A DNA stretch of 64,000 nucleotides, taken from Candidatus Berkelbacteria bacterium (GTDB lineage: Bacteria; Patescibacteriota; UBA1384; DTJR01). The number at the start of each line of letters is the position of its first letter. Within the stretch, counting starts at the first letter, position 1. The translations under genes and the position numbers were made by a program. Below the pieces are notes generated by a model. That model did not search any database. It had not been told where the DNA came from and was given only the letters and a program-made list of their open reading frames with translations. The stretch lies in contig JAPLVK010000022.1 of assembly GCA_026397175.1 (NCBI GenBank), positions 5,689 to 69,688 on the forward strand. Reading direction: 5' to 3'. This document shows positions 37,852 to 47,383 of this stretch, piece after piece.

Positions 37852-40149
37852 CTAAGATATAACCGATGAATTCGGTGTTAGAGGTCTGGGCGGTAAATTG
37901 TTAGGTATTGGAGTCGAAGCAACATGCTCATGACCAATTTGTCTCAACTGAAGCGTAACTTGTCCCAAATCAGAGACCTTGTTAATTGTAAAGAGAGCTG
38001 AACGAGTACCTTGGTATCCGGCCTTTGAAGCATCAAAACGATACTGCCCGGGGCTTAAATTGATAGTGAATCTCCCATCGTCTCCAGTTACTAAAGTTGA
38101 TTTAATTTTCCCCGTAGCATCAAGAACACGAATCATAACAAGACCAAGAGGATTATTTTTCTCATCACGAGCTAAACCGTATGTCCTCTTTTTAAAAAGA
38201 TATAAAATTTCAACTGTCCATAAAATGACATAAAGACCAGCGATTGCAAAATCATACCATTTACCATACGAATAAACCGCGTAGCCGGCCAAAAGAGTAC
38301 CCACTATCATAATAGGAAACCGAATATTGTCAAAGACCTTTTTAGTTATTCTCAAAGCAGTTACCATCGTAAGATCGAGGGCTGCGGCCCGGCTTTGATC
38401 GAGTGGGATATTAATATGAATTGGGGCTTTGTCTGTTTGAGCAGAGGTATTAATTTCGACAACACCTCCCTTGTAAATATCGGCATACCGACCATCGGTA
38501 CTCCCTATAACAATATGTGTCGGGAAGGAATAACCGAGTTTTGATGCGGTAATTGTATATCGGCCTGGCGGGATAAGGAAGCCAAAACTTCCCTCTTCGT
38601 TTGAAGTTTGCGTTTCGCGAAGTCGAGAATCAACTTCAGAGAATATCCTCAAAGTTGCTTTAGCAATCGGTTTTTTATTGATGGCGTCATAGATAATTCC
38701 CCAGGCCGGTTTTTCTTTGGGCCACGCCGGAGGAGCAAAAAGTGAAAATAGCCAGGCAAGAATTCGAATCAAAGCAGGAATTGCAGAGATTGCAGAGATA
38801 ATTGATGAGGCGGCAATTGCGAAAACAGAACCCAAAACCAAAAGAAGATTTGTTGTGTTGGTTTGTCCTTCGTCGCCTAAAAATCCACCTATACCACCAG
38901 AGCCCCTGATTTTAAATCTATCGGAGTCGCATCTTGAAACCGTCTTACCATCTTGCTCCATCCCGAGAACTCTGATTTTAGCTTTTGAGCTTGCTTTGCT
39001 GGGTGTAAAATCATTTACACCAGAGTTGTCAGCGCCCAGGATAATTGGCTCGGGATATGTATCGCCATTATCATAAGACAAAAATATGCTAACTGTCTTG
39101 ATTGGAGGGATTTGCGTAGAGTTCCTGTCAATCCAGAGAACCTGATAAAGGGTACCGATATCCCATGTGTCAGAGTCCTTGGGTGAAATGATATCCATGA
39201 AACAATCTAAAAGAGGAGTTTGGGTTGGACTGGGTGGTGGACAAATATTTGGCGCAGTGCACAAACAACTTGGATCGGTACAGTTACAATCCGGACCAGT
39301 ACAGCCACACTTACCACCCACACATTTACATTCTTCGCCCTCACAAGGACAACTATTATCCGTACAACACTGATTGCCGTTACAAGGAGTACCGGTTGGA
39401 ACGGCAGTTGGACTTGGGCAGTTGGAACCCGTACAGATTGGAGTAGTCGTTGGACTTGGGCAGTAAACTCCAATACAAGGAGTACCGGTTGGTGTAGCAG
39501 TCGGGGTTGGACAGTTAGGACCAGTACAGGAGGTTGGTTCGGTGGTGGGTTGTGAGGTTGGAGCTGATGTAGGAGCGGAGGTTGGGGCGGAAGTCGGGCC
39601 GGATGTTGCAGTTGTGGTGGCGGTGGCTGTATTGGTCGCAGTCGCCGTTGTTGTTGCGGTAGGCGTGGCCGTAGCAGTTGCAGTCCCGGTGGCAGTGGCC
39701 GTAGTGGTCGCAGTCGCGGTAGCAGTTACAGTCCCGGTATCAGTCGCCGTAGCTGTTGGTCCTCCGGTAGTATAAACGAAATTTGCTTCATCGGAATAAT
39801 CACTCCAGACCAAATGCTGGTCTTCATATCTTACTTTCCAGTAATATGTTATTCCTTCAGAAAAAGTTGCTGCGGGAATTGTGATTGTCGTTAAATTAAC
39901 GGCGTCTGTCCCAGAATCAAAAACAGTCGTGGTAGAATTGCGCACCACCCATTGAGAGGCCACATGAGTATCTTCTGCGTCAGAATCGGAAAAAGCCGAG
40001 CCGGTCAAAGTAACATCACCGACCGCGGCAATTGTCTTTTGTTGCATCACAAAAACAGAAAAAGCCAACAGTAAAAATAGGACAACACTAAAATATTTCC
40101 CGAAGACCGATCTAGTTCGTCCCCTTCTTTTACTCATCATTAATATCAT
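37852..40149 (-). CDS. Large surface protein: FN3-like, Thr/Ala repeat, Cys-rich module, membrane segments, CarboxypepD_reg-like domains
   Basis: Signal peptide. (TA/TG)n repeats encoded by 39540-39780. The Cys-rich segment is CTGPNCP...CEGEECKCVGGKCGCTGPDC. C-terminal region GIIYDAINKKPIAKATLRIF...GRYTITASKLGY. Confidence 0.45.
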   Translation of the reverse strand: MILMMSKRRGRTRSVFGKYFSVVLFLLLAFSVFVMQQKTIAAVGDVTLTGSAFSDSDAEDTHVASQWVVRNSTTTVFDSGTDAVNLTTITIPAATFSEGITYYWKVRYEDQHLVWSDYSDEANFVYTTGGPTATATDTGTVTATATATTTATATGTATATATPTATTTATATNTATATTTATSGPTSAPTSAPTSAPTSQPTTEPTSCTGPNCPTPTATPTGTPCIGVYCPSPTTTPICTGSNCPSPTAVPTGTPCNGNQCCTDNSCPCEGEECKCVGGKCGCTGPDCNCTDPSCLCTAPNICPPPSPTQTPLLDCFMDIISPKDSDTWDIGTLYQVLWIDRNSTQIPPIKTVSIFLSYDNGDTYPEPIILGADNSGVNDFTPSKASSKAKIRVLGMEQDGKTVSRCDSDRFKIRGSGGIGGFLGDEGQTNTTNLLLVLGSVFAIAASSIISAISAIPALIRILAWLFSLFAPPAWPKEKPAWGIIYDAINKKPIAKATLRIFSEVDSRLRETQTSNEEGSFGFLIPPGRYTITASKLGYSFPTHIVIGSTDGRYADIYKGGVVEINTSAQTDKAPIHINIPLDQSRAAALDLTMVTALRITKKVFDNIRFPIMIVGTLLAGYAVYSYGKWYDFAIAGLYVILWTVEILYLFKKRTYGLARDEKNNPLGLVMIRVLDATGKIKSTLVTGDDGRFTINLSPGQYRFDASKAGYQGTRSALFTINKVSDLGQVTLQLRQIGHEHVASTPIPNNLPPRPLTPNSSVIS
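39540..39780. repeat. Degenerate tandem repeat encoding Thr-Ala low-complexity tract
   Basis: gtggc(g/c)gt(a/g)gc.. periodic units; locally GC-rich. Confidence 0.6.
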
Positions 40150-40361
40150 ATCATTTATTTTTTAAATTCAATAGTTTGCTCTTGCAAATGACAATAAAAC
40201 CTCTAACATAAAATGTGTTCGCGTTAGATAAATAGTAAGTTTAACAAGCAAATAATGCCCCACACTATGTCTTACTGCAAAACGGATTACATCCTGTTAT
40301 TGCAGTGCGACAAGTGAGGGGCTTTCGGGTCAGCAGTAACTGACTCGAAGCGGAGGAAAAA

Positions 40362-41609
40362 ATGGCATATGAAGAGATAAGAAAGTTGATCGAGAAAACA
40401 GGAAAAGATCTTGGACTAAAAGAAAGTATTATTGAAGAAATTTCCGAGCCCAAGAGGGTTGTTGATGTTTATTTTCCGGTTCAAATGGACTCCAAAGATA
40501 TAAAGATCTTTCACGGCATAAGAGTTCAGCACAACAATGCGCGGGGCCCATTTAAAGGCGGTATCAGATATCATCATGAAGTGAATATGGAAGAGGTTAA
40601 GATTTTGGCAGCTCTTATGAGTTTGAAGACGGCTGTTATTGATATCCCGTTTGGCGGAGGAAAAGGCGGTGTTGCAGTTGATGTTAAAGACCTTTCAAAA
40701 AATGAATTGAAGCGACTAACGCAGGGTTTTGCAAAAGCAATTTATGATGTAATTGGGGAGCAGAAAGATGTCCCCGCTCCTGACATCAACACAAATCCTG
40801 AAATTATGAAATGGTTTCTGGAAGAATATGAAAAAATAATCGGTAAAAAAGAGCCCGGGGTTATTACGGGCAAAGCGCTTAAAGACGGCGGGATCAAAGT
40901 CAGAGATGAGGCAACGGGCTTAGGCGGCGCAGCGGTAGTCCAAGAAATTGCAAAAATTTTGAAGAAAAAGCCCGAGCAAATAACGGTGGCCATACAGGGC
41001 TTTGGAAATGTGGGATCTCATCTTGCCCATCATTTACAACATATGGGTTTTAAGGTGATTGCGATCGCCGATATTGACGGCGGTTTTATGCATGAGGATG
41101 GACTGGACTACCACAAGACATATAAGGCCATAAAAAGTGGGCGAAAAATTATTGATCAGTGTTTTTGTCAAGTTCATGGAAAATCAAATGATTGTTGCGT
41201 AATTTCAGCCAAAGATGTTTTGGAAAGAAAATGCGACATTTTGATTCCGGCGGCAATCGGGGAACAAATAACTACCAAGAACGCCAAAAATATCAAAGCC
41301 AAAATTATAGTTGAACTCGCCAATCATCCGATCAAAGACGAGGCGGAGCAAGTCCTGAAGAAAAACAATATCTTGATCGTGCCGGACATTCTAGCCAATG
41401 CCGGAGGTGTTTTGGCCAGTTATTTTGAATGGAGGGAAAATGTTGAGGGAGTCAAAATGAGCTACGACGAGGCCAAAGAAAAGCTGATTGATAAAATGCG
41501 TTTGGCTACCCGCAAAGTTCTTGCTTTATCAAAATTGAAAAAAATCTCAATGCGCGAAGCTGCGTATCAAATTGCCATATCTCGAATTGCCCTGAAGCTC
41601 AAAAAATAA
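40362..41609 (+). CDS. gdhA: Glutamate dehydrogenase (Glu/Leu/Phe/Val DH family)
   Basis: KGGIRYHHEVNMEEVKILAALMSLKTAVIDIPFGGGKGGV and an NAD(P) Rossmann GFGNVGS. GGAGGAAAAAATG RBS. Confidence 0.8.
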   Translation: MAYEEIRKLIEKTGKDLGLKESIIEEISEPKRVVDVYFPVQMDSKDIKIFHGIRVQHNNARGPFKGGIRYHHEVNMEEVKILAALMSLKTAVIDIPFGGGKGGVAVDVKDLSKNELKRLTQGFAKAIYDVIGEQKDVPAPDINTNPEIMKWFLEEYEKIIGKKEPGVITGKALKDGGIKVRDEATGLGGAAVVQEIAKILKKKPEQITVAIQGFGNVGSHLAHHLQHMGFKVIAIADIDGGFMHEDGLDYHKTYKAIKSGRKIIDQCFCQVHGKSNDCCVISAKDVLERKCDILIPAAIGEQITTKNAKNIKAKIIVELANHPIKDEAEQVLKKNNILIVPDILANAGGVLASYFEWRENVEGVKMSYDEAKEKLIDKMRLATRKVLALSKLKKISMREAAYQIAISRIALKLKK

Positions 41610-41637
41610 GCTATAATAAGAGTTAATAAGGAGGGTA

Positions 41638-42927
41638 GTGCGTTTTTTTCTGGCTAGGTTTAAAAATCTAGAAGGATTGAAGCCAAAATTAGCCAACCCG
41701 CATCTGTTTAATTTTGGGTTTCTTTTGATGATTATGGGGCCGGGAATTATAACGGGTGTTATTGACAGCGATAGCGGCTCTATCGCTACTTATTCATCCG
41801 TTGGCGCTTCATATGGTTATGCCTTACTTTGGGTTATCGTTCTGACAACAATTCCCCTTGCGATTATCCAAGAAATGACCACAAGAATGGGGGCAGTAAC
41901 CGGTCGCGGACTCGCTTCTTTAATTCGCGAAAACTTCGGGATTAGAATAACTTTTTATAGCTTAATTGCACTGGTTCTGGTAAATATTGCAAACATCGTT
42001 GCCGACTTTGCGGGAATCGCAGCCGGCGGAGAAATATTTGGAATTTCCAGATTCATTTTGCTTCCAACGGCAGTGATCGTAATTTTGTATTTGGTTTTGG
42101 CAAAAAATTATAGGAAAATTGAAAAAATATTGCTGATTTTTTGTCTTTTTTACATTGCTTATATTGTGGCCGGAATATTGGCACATCCCAATTGGACTCA
42201 AGCGCTTCATGGAGTCATTTTACCATCAATTAACCTTAAGGATTCAATTGTCATAACCGCAGTCCTTGCTTTAATTGGCACAACGATTGCGCCTTGGATG
42301 CCGTTTTATCAGCAGTCCGCGGTCGCAGAAAAAAAGATTGCACTTTCGAACTATAAATATGAGCGCATTGATACTTATACCGGATCAGTCATGACGCAGG
42401 CCATCGCCTTTTTTATCGTTTTAGCAACCGCCGCGACACTTTTTAAAAATGGTATTGTGGTAAATTCGGCTTCCGATGCGGCTAACGCCCTGGTTCCTTT
42501 AGTCGGAAAATTTGCTGGAGCTTTATTTGCGCTTGGAATTATAAATGCAGGGTTTACAGCTGCAATCGTTTTGCCGACATCAACCGCATATTCTTTAGCT
42601 GAAGGATTTGGCTGGAATTCAGGAATGAACAAAAAATTCAAAGAGGCACCACGATTTTATGCAATTTTAATCGGAACAGTGATCGTTAGCGCTATTACTG
42701 TTTTATTTCTAAAAGTTAATCTGATAAAAATAATGATTTTTTCCCAAGCCATCAACGGATTTTTGCTTCCGGTCATTTTGATTTTAATGTTAACGATTGC
42801 CAATAATAAAAAAATTATGGGAAAACATGTAAATACAAGAGTGCAAAATATCATTGGCATCTTAACGATATGCGCGCTCGTGCTGCTTACAATATCTTTA
42901 ATTTACTTTGCAATATTTGGAAAATAA
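41638..42927 (+). CDS. mntH: NRAMP-family divalent metal transporter
   Basis: MGPGIITGVIDSDSGSIATYS...AIIQEMTTRMGAVTGRGLA with 11-12 transmembrane segments. Confidence 0.8.
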   Translation: MRFFLARFKNLEGLKPKLANPHLFNFGFLLMIMGPGIITGVIDSDSGSIATYSSVGASYGYALLWVIVLTTIPLAIIQEMTTRMGAVTGRGLASLIRENFGIRITFYSLIALVLVNIANIVADFAGIAAGGEIFGISRFILLPTAVIVILYLVLAKNYRKIEKILLIFCLFYIAYIVAGILAHPNWTQALHGVILPSINLKDSIVITAVLALIGTTIAPWMPFYQQSAVAEKKIALSNYKYERIDTYTGSVMTQAIAFFIVLATAATLFKNGIVVNSASDAANALVPLVGKFAGALFALGIINAGFTAAIVLPTSTAYSLAEGFGWNSGMNKKFKEAPRFYAILIGTVIVSAITVLFLKVNLIKIMIFSQAINGFLLPVILILMLTIANNKKIMGKHVNTRVQNIIGILTICALVLLTISLIYFAIFGK

Positions 42928-42939
42928 AAAGGGGTTAAA

Positions 42940-43638
42940 ATGAGATTTACCGAAAACATCGTTGGGATGAAAGTCATGTCGAATAAGAAGGAATTGATCG
43001 GAACAATTTCTGATCTTGTGATCTCCATACAAAGTAAATATCCGATCGTGCATGCGGTTGCTATCAAATTTAAAGAAATTCAATATATCGACAAAACACT
43101 TCTTATTGAACCCGCAAAAAATATCAAGTTGATTGTTCCTTGGGAGGAAATTAACTTTAAGGATAAACGGCTGTATTTAAAATCGGATGAAGCAGACCTA
43201 CAGGCGCAATATCTGACCGATGACGAAATATTAGTCGGTAAAAATGTTATTGATAGCATTATTACAAACGCCAAGGGAAATTCAATCGGACGAGTTAACG
43301 ATGCGGTGATCTTTGAGAGAAACGGAAAATTTGAACTTTTTGGGCTTGGAGTTGGAATTATCGGGATTGTCGCAAAACTCGGCCTCGAGATTCCTCTTGA
43401 GGTTATTGATAAGGGTTTTGGCAGAAGTTTTGCCGAAACAGTTATTGATTGGAAATATGTCAAGAAATATCATCCAAACAAAAATGAAATTGTTCTTTCG
43501 GTTGGAGAAGAATTAAAAGCAGAAAAAACAATTAATTGGAGTGAATCCAAAAAAATTGACCAAAAACAAGAACCAAAAACCCCAATCATTTTAATCCCAT
43601 GGGTTCAAATAGAAAAAATATTTAAAAAGAGAAAGTAA
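42940..43638 (+). CDS. Tandem PRC-barrel-like domain protein
   Basis: Two modules of ...VGMKVMSNKKELIGTISDLVI / LVGKNVIDSIITNAKGNSIGRVNDAVIFE. 12 bp downstream of the NRAMP gene. Confidence 0.45.
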   Translation: MRFTENIVGMKVMSNKKELIGTISDLVISIQSKYPIVHAVAIKFKEIQYIDKTLLIEPAKNIKLIVPWEEINFKDKRLYLKSDEADLQAQYLTDDEILVGKNVIDSIITNAKGNSIGRVNDAVIFERNGKFELFGLGVGIIGIVAKLGLEIPLEVIDKGFGRSFAETVIDWKYVKKYHPNKNEIVLSVGEELKAEKTINWSESKKIDQKQEPKTPIILIPWVQIEKIFKKRK

Positions 43639-43649
43639 AACGACTAAAT

Positions 43650-43817
43650 TTATGAGTGCTTTTGTGAGTTTGATATTGCGAAAGAAATAACGCCAAGAAC
43701 AATTTCGGCAATCGCAATCCACTGCACTTCGTTTGCCCAAGTCCAGTTTGGAATCAAACCGGCAATTCCCCTAATTATAATAACTACTGCCAGAATACTT
43801 AAGGTCGTCTTAACCAT
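43650..43817 (-). CDS. Small (55 aa) membrane protein, DUF378-like
   Basis: Not in the ORF track (under 60 aa). MVKTTLSILAVVIIIRGIAGLIPNWTWANEVQWIAIAEIVLGVISFAISNSQKHS. Confidence 0.3.
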   Translation of the reverse strand: MVKTTLSILAVVIIIRGIAGLIPNWTWANEVQWIAIAEIVLGVISFAISNSQKHS

Positions 43818-43832
43818 TTTGCCTCCTATTTT

Positions 43833-44429
43833 TTATTTGAGTTTAAACGATTTTATAGTATCCGCCAACTCTTTGTCTGTAAAGCCCTGCAAATCGGATG
43901 GCGGTTCATTCCATGTTTTATAAGAAAAGACATAATCGCTATTGCTGGTGATTTTCACCGATTTTTCGTTATCGGAAAGCGCATTAAAAACCGATGATTT
44001 ATAGACAAAAATAGATATGGGTGTTGCGATTTTATTCTCGTATTTTGTGTCGGTAGTCGCCAGATTAAAATCAATCTTCACTTCGAACGATCCGTTCGTA
44101 AGGTTTTCGACTAATTTATAATTTTTCCAAATATCCGAAAATGATATCTCGAAACCGTATTTTGAATTTGTGTACTTTGGCCAGATAGCCGCGACTTGGG
44201 TGGCCGATGACACGCCACTTGATTCAATCGATGAAGAGTTGGAGACGGTCTGGGACGCTGTAGCTGGAGAATTGTTTGTATCTTTTTTAATTTTTTTGGC
44301 ATAGAACAGCGAGCCAACAGCAATAATAATGGCTAGAATAAGCAATATCAGTGCAATACGATTTTTTGTTTTCATTTTCCCCTTCTTTTTAACTATATTA
44401 CCACATATTTGTAAAATGGCCCCACCCAA
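43833..44429 (-). CDS. Membrane-anchored Ser-rich hypothetical protein
   Basis: Transmembrane helix RIALILLILAIIIAVGSLFY plus a Ser-rich linker. Confidence 0.4.
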   Translation of the reverse strand: MGGAILQICGNIVKKKGKMKTKNRIALILLILAIIIAVGSLFYAKKIKKDTNNSPATASQTVSNSSSIESSGVSSATQVAAIWPKYTNSKYGFEISFSDIWKNYKLVENLTNGSFEVKIDFNLATTDTKYENKIATPISIFVYKSSVFNALSDNEKSVKITSNSDYVFSYKTWNEPPSDLQGFTDKELADTIKSFKLK

Positions 44430-44456
44430 AGCAGGACCACTCTACAAATTGAAGCT

Positions 44457-44819
44457 TTACATCCCCTTGTATTCCCATTTGATACTATCTGACGATTTTG
44501 TCTGATATTTATCGGCGGCAACACTAGGTTGAGCACCGTTAACCGAATACAACCAGAAGTCCTTATCGGTTGACTTCAGGTCGTCTATGCTATTTACCAT
44601 AACTCCAAGAGAACTATCTTGGGACTCAACCTGATGATTTGCTTTGAGAATATCGAAGGCCGTTTTCCCCTCTTCGCCTTGATACTCAATCGTTTTTTGC
44701 TCTATAGCAACAGCCGTTGGGTTTGTTGCGGCCTTTTTGTTGAAAGCGCAACCCGTTAATAACCCACCAAAAACAAGAACTGATACAAAGACAATTAATA
44801 CATTTTTCTTAAAATTCAT
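44457..44819 (-). CDS. Lipoprotein with DUF4430-like domain
   Basis: Lipobox LLTGC, then ...FWLYSVNGAQPSVAADKYQTKSSDSIKWEY. Confidence 0.5.
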   Translation of the reverse strand: MNFKKNVLIVFVSVLVFGGLLTGCAFNKKAATNPTAVAIEQKTIEYQGEEGKTAFDILKANHQVESQDSSLGVMVNSIDDLKSTDKDFWLYSVNGAQPSVAADKYQTKSSDSIKWEYKGM

Positions 44820-45144
44820 GATACTCCTCTGCTAATTATATTTTACCGAGATCTTTTCCGACAAGACAAATTTAATTTTTATGAGTAAGGCATTTTTCCT
44901 CCTCGGGATAAAGAACATGTTGGTTTTCCGACTTTACGGTAGCGGGACTGTGACGGTATTAAACCGCGCTTGCCCAAACATGTTGATTAGTTTGTATTTA
45001 CTACTTAAACAACAATAATCATAATTGTCAAACAGAGATCCTAACTCAAAGTTATACAGATTACAAAATGTTACATAACTTTTAATTAACTTACTTAACT
45101 TTGTTCGGGTACCTAATAAAACTTATATATTTTTGTTCTCTCAC

Positions 45145-45190
45145 TCATCCACAGGGTAAATTCTGGCCTGTGGAAAAGATGTGGATATAA
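45145..45190. promoter_or_regulatory. Cluster of three DnaA-box-like 9-mers (8/9 matches to TTATCCACA)
   Basis: TCATCCACA (fwd), TTTTCCACA (rev of tgtggaaaa) and ATATCCACA (rev of tgtggatat) within 45 bp, inside a 480-bp AT-rich spacer. Confidence 0.25.
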
Positions 45191-45252
45191 TTGTAAATTA
45201 AAAAATATAAAGTTATATAGGACTTTGCTTTTTTATAAAATCCGCTCAAAAT

Positions 45253-45292
45253 AAAATCTGCCCCGCTTACGCAAGGCAGATTTTATTTTTTT
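45253..45292 (-). terminator. Hairpin terminator downstream of the RRM gene (also reads as a plus-strand terminator)
   Basis: aaaatctgcc-ccgcttacgcaa-ggcagatttt plus a T-run. Confidence 0.55.
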
Positions 45293-45304
45293 GTCTAGTT
45301 TGGC

Positions 45305-45613
45305 TTAGCGATACGATCTATCGAAGTTACCGCCGCGGTCAGACCTTTTTTCTTGAGGTCTAGCTACGCTGACCGTCAGGGGTCTACCTTCAATTTCCTT
45401 ACCATTCATCGCCTCAATGGCCTTGTTGGCCATTTCTTCGCTTTCAACAGTGACAAAACCAAATCCCTTTGATCTGCCTGTGTTGAATTTGTCGGTGATG
45501 ACTTTCGCCTCGACAACAGTTACGCCTTCAACCTCTTTGAAGAGGGCTTCGAGCGCAGCATCGTCGACCGTGTAAGGAAGATTGCCCACATAGAGCTTAT
45601 TTTTATCTTCCAT
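45305..45613 (-). CDS. RRM-type RNA-binding protein
   Basis: RNP-2 LYVGNL and RNP-1 KGFGFVTV; C-terminal RGG-like tail. Confidence 0.8.
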   Translation of the reverse strand: MEDKNKLYVGNLPYTVDDAALEALFKEVEGVTVVEAKVITDKFNTGRSKGFGFVTVESEEMANKAIEAMNGKEIEGRPLTVSVARPQEKRSDRGGNFDRSYR

Positions 45614-45755
45614 CTATCTAATTCCTTAAACACATTAACTTTCGACCTAATTTCAATTTTTTACAATCGAGTTCATAAATTCAAAACTTATCAACACGAT
45701 TAAATAATTGTACCCCAAATCACTAAAAATGTCAATATCAACAAAAAATCTGGGC

Positions 45756-46283
45756 CTAAATTACCTTTGCAAGTATAAATACATCATGCGTCTTGCCCTT
45801 CTTTATGACATCTTTTTTTAAAATTCCTTCACATAAAAAACCATTTTTCTCCAAGACATGGCGAGAAGTCGGGTTTTGGATAAAAACCTTGGCCTCAACT
45901 CTTTGTAATTTCAATTTTTTAAACCCAAAATCCACAACCAGCTGGATTACTTTACTCATTATGCCCTGATTCCAGAAATCACGGGATAACCAATAGCCCA
46001 CCTCTGCTTTATGACCAGGTACTACTTGGCTCAATCCGATTGAACCTATAACTTGGGACTCTTTATCAATTGCAAACGAGTAGACCTGTCTTTTAGGATC
46101 TTTTTCTTCCTTCGCCTTTGTGTCAATCCACTTTTTTGCATCGCTAATCGTATATGGATAAGGAACTCGTGACATATTCTTCGAAATTTCTGGGTTGTTT
46201 AGGTTTTTCGCCAAAGAAAGAACATCCTCTTTTCGAAAAGGTCTTAAGATAAAATGTTCTGATTTTATTACAGGTGTTTTCAT
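45756..46283 (-). CDS. GNAT N-acetyltransferase (RimJ/RimL-like)
   Basis: 175 aa with acetyl-CoA-binding motif A around VIGSIGL...GYWLSRDFWNQGIMSKV. Confidence 0.75.
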   Translation of the reverse strand: MKTPVIKSEHFILRPFRKEDVLSLAKNLNNPEISKNMSRVPYPYTISDAKKWIDTKAKEEKDPKRQVYSFAIDKESQVIGSIGLSQVVPGHKAEVGYWLSRDFWNQGIMSKVIQLVVDFGFKKLKLQRVEAKVFIQNPTSRHVLEKNGFLCEGILKKDVIKKGKTHDVFILAKVI

Positions 46284-46288
46284 ATCCT

Positions 46289-47383
46289 CTATTCTTCCGA
46301 TAATTTAAATCTAAAAATTGAGATTGCTAGACAAACTAAAATCCATATCGAAACAATGACAATATTGACGGGATTGGCAAATGGCGAAGTACCATCGTTT
46401 GTAACCGCACGAAGCATTCTTAAAAGCGGGGCTAGGGGCAGATATTGTACAATCGAGTAAAGCCATTTCGGCAAAGTGTCAATCGGGAAGAAAACGCCAG
46501 CTAAAAACATCATTGGAATAGTAATGGCAGTTGCCATGCCTTGAGCCGCATCGGTGGTTTTTGAAAAACTTGAAACCACAAACCCCATAAGCTGAAAAAG
46601 CAAACCCCCGATTAAGGCGAGACCAAAAACTACAAAAATATTCCCGTAAATATGAACATCGAAAACATATTTCCCGATTATTACGATCGTTCCCACTTGA
46701 AACAAGTTAAGAATCAATCTAGACAATACCTCTGCCACGACGAAAATATAAGAAGGAAGCGGCGTGGTGGTGATTCTTTTTAAGATTTTGTCTTCTCGAT
46801 ATTTACTCATGCCGACAGCAATCCCTATAACCGAAGAGTTCATGAGCGCCAGCCCTAGAATTCCGGCGAAAACAAAGTCGAAATAAGTCAATGTTTTGTT
46901 TGATGTCTTTTCTTCAGAAATCTGAAAGATCGGCTTAGCGTTTTGAATCTGATAATTAGCTTGAGTCAAAAATTGGTTAACAAAACTGGAAATCACGGAG
47001 CTTGTTTGGGCATTAGCTTGGTCGGAAATAATGGTGATTGTTTTTGGTGCTTCTGGTGTGAGTAACCCAAAATTATTCGGTATGTAAACTATCGCAGCAA
47101 TTTTACTTTTTGCAATTTCGTCTTTAGCTACATTTACATCTTTTTCTTTTTGGATTTTAAAAATAGTGGCGTTTTGCAATGTACTGGAGAGATCTGTAGA
47201 AAGTTGAGTGTTTGAGTCATTAATTAACGCAACGGTCCCAACTGATGTGTTTTTGCCGAAGAATAACCCAAAAATAAAAGTAAATATAAGTGGAAACATA
47301 AAGGCCCAAAACAGCGCTTGCCTGTTTCTCGCCATCATCTTTAAATCAGCAATAAATAATTTTCTAAACATCTTACTCCGCAA
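46289..47383 (-). CDS. ABC-2 type transporter permease
   Basis: Six transmembrane segments; overlaps the ATPase gene by 11 bp. Confidence 0.75.
   Translation of the reverse strand: MRSKMFRKLFIADLKMMARNRQALFWAFMFPLIFTFIFGLFFGKNTSVGTVALINDSNTQLSTDLSSTLQNATIFKIQKEKDVNVAKDEIAKSKIAAIVYIPNNFGLLTPEAPKTITIISDQANAQTSSVISSFVNQFLTQANYQIQNAKPIFQISEEKTSNKTLTYFDFVFAGILGLALMNSSVIGIAVGMSKYREDKILKRITTTPLPSYIFVVAEVLSRLILNLFQVGTIVIIGKYVFDVHIYGNIFVVFGLALIGGLLFQLMGFVVSSFSKTTDAAQGMATAITIPMMFLAGVFFPIDTLPKWLYSIVQYLPLAPLLRMLRAVTNDGTSPFANPVNIVIVSIWILVCLAISIFRFKLSEE

Noticed and set aside
39167-39775. ORFs encoding Val/Ala/Thr/Trp-rich peptides on both strands
   Set aside because: Alternative frames of the tandem TA repeat within the 765-aa gene.
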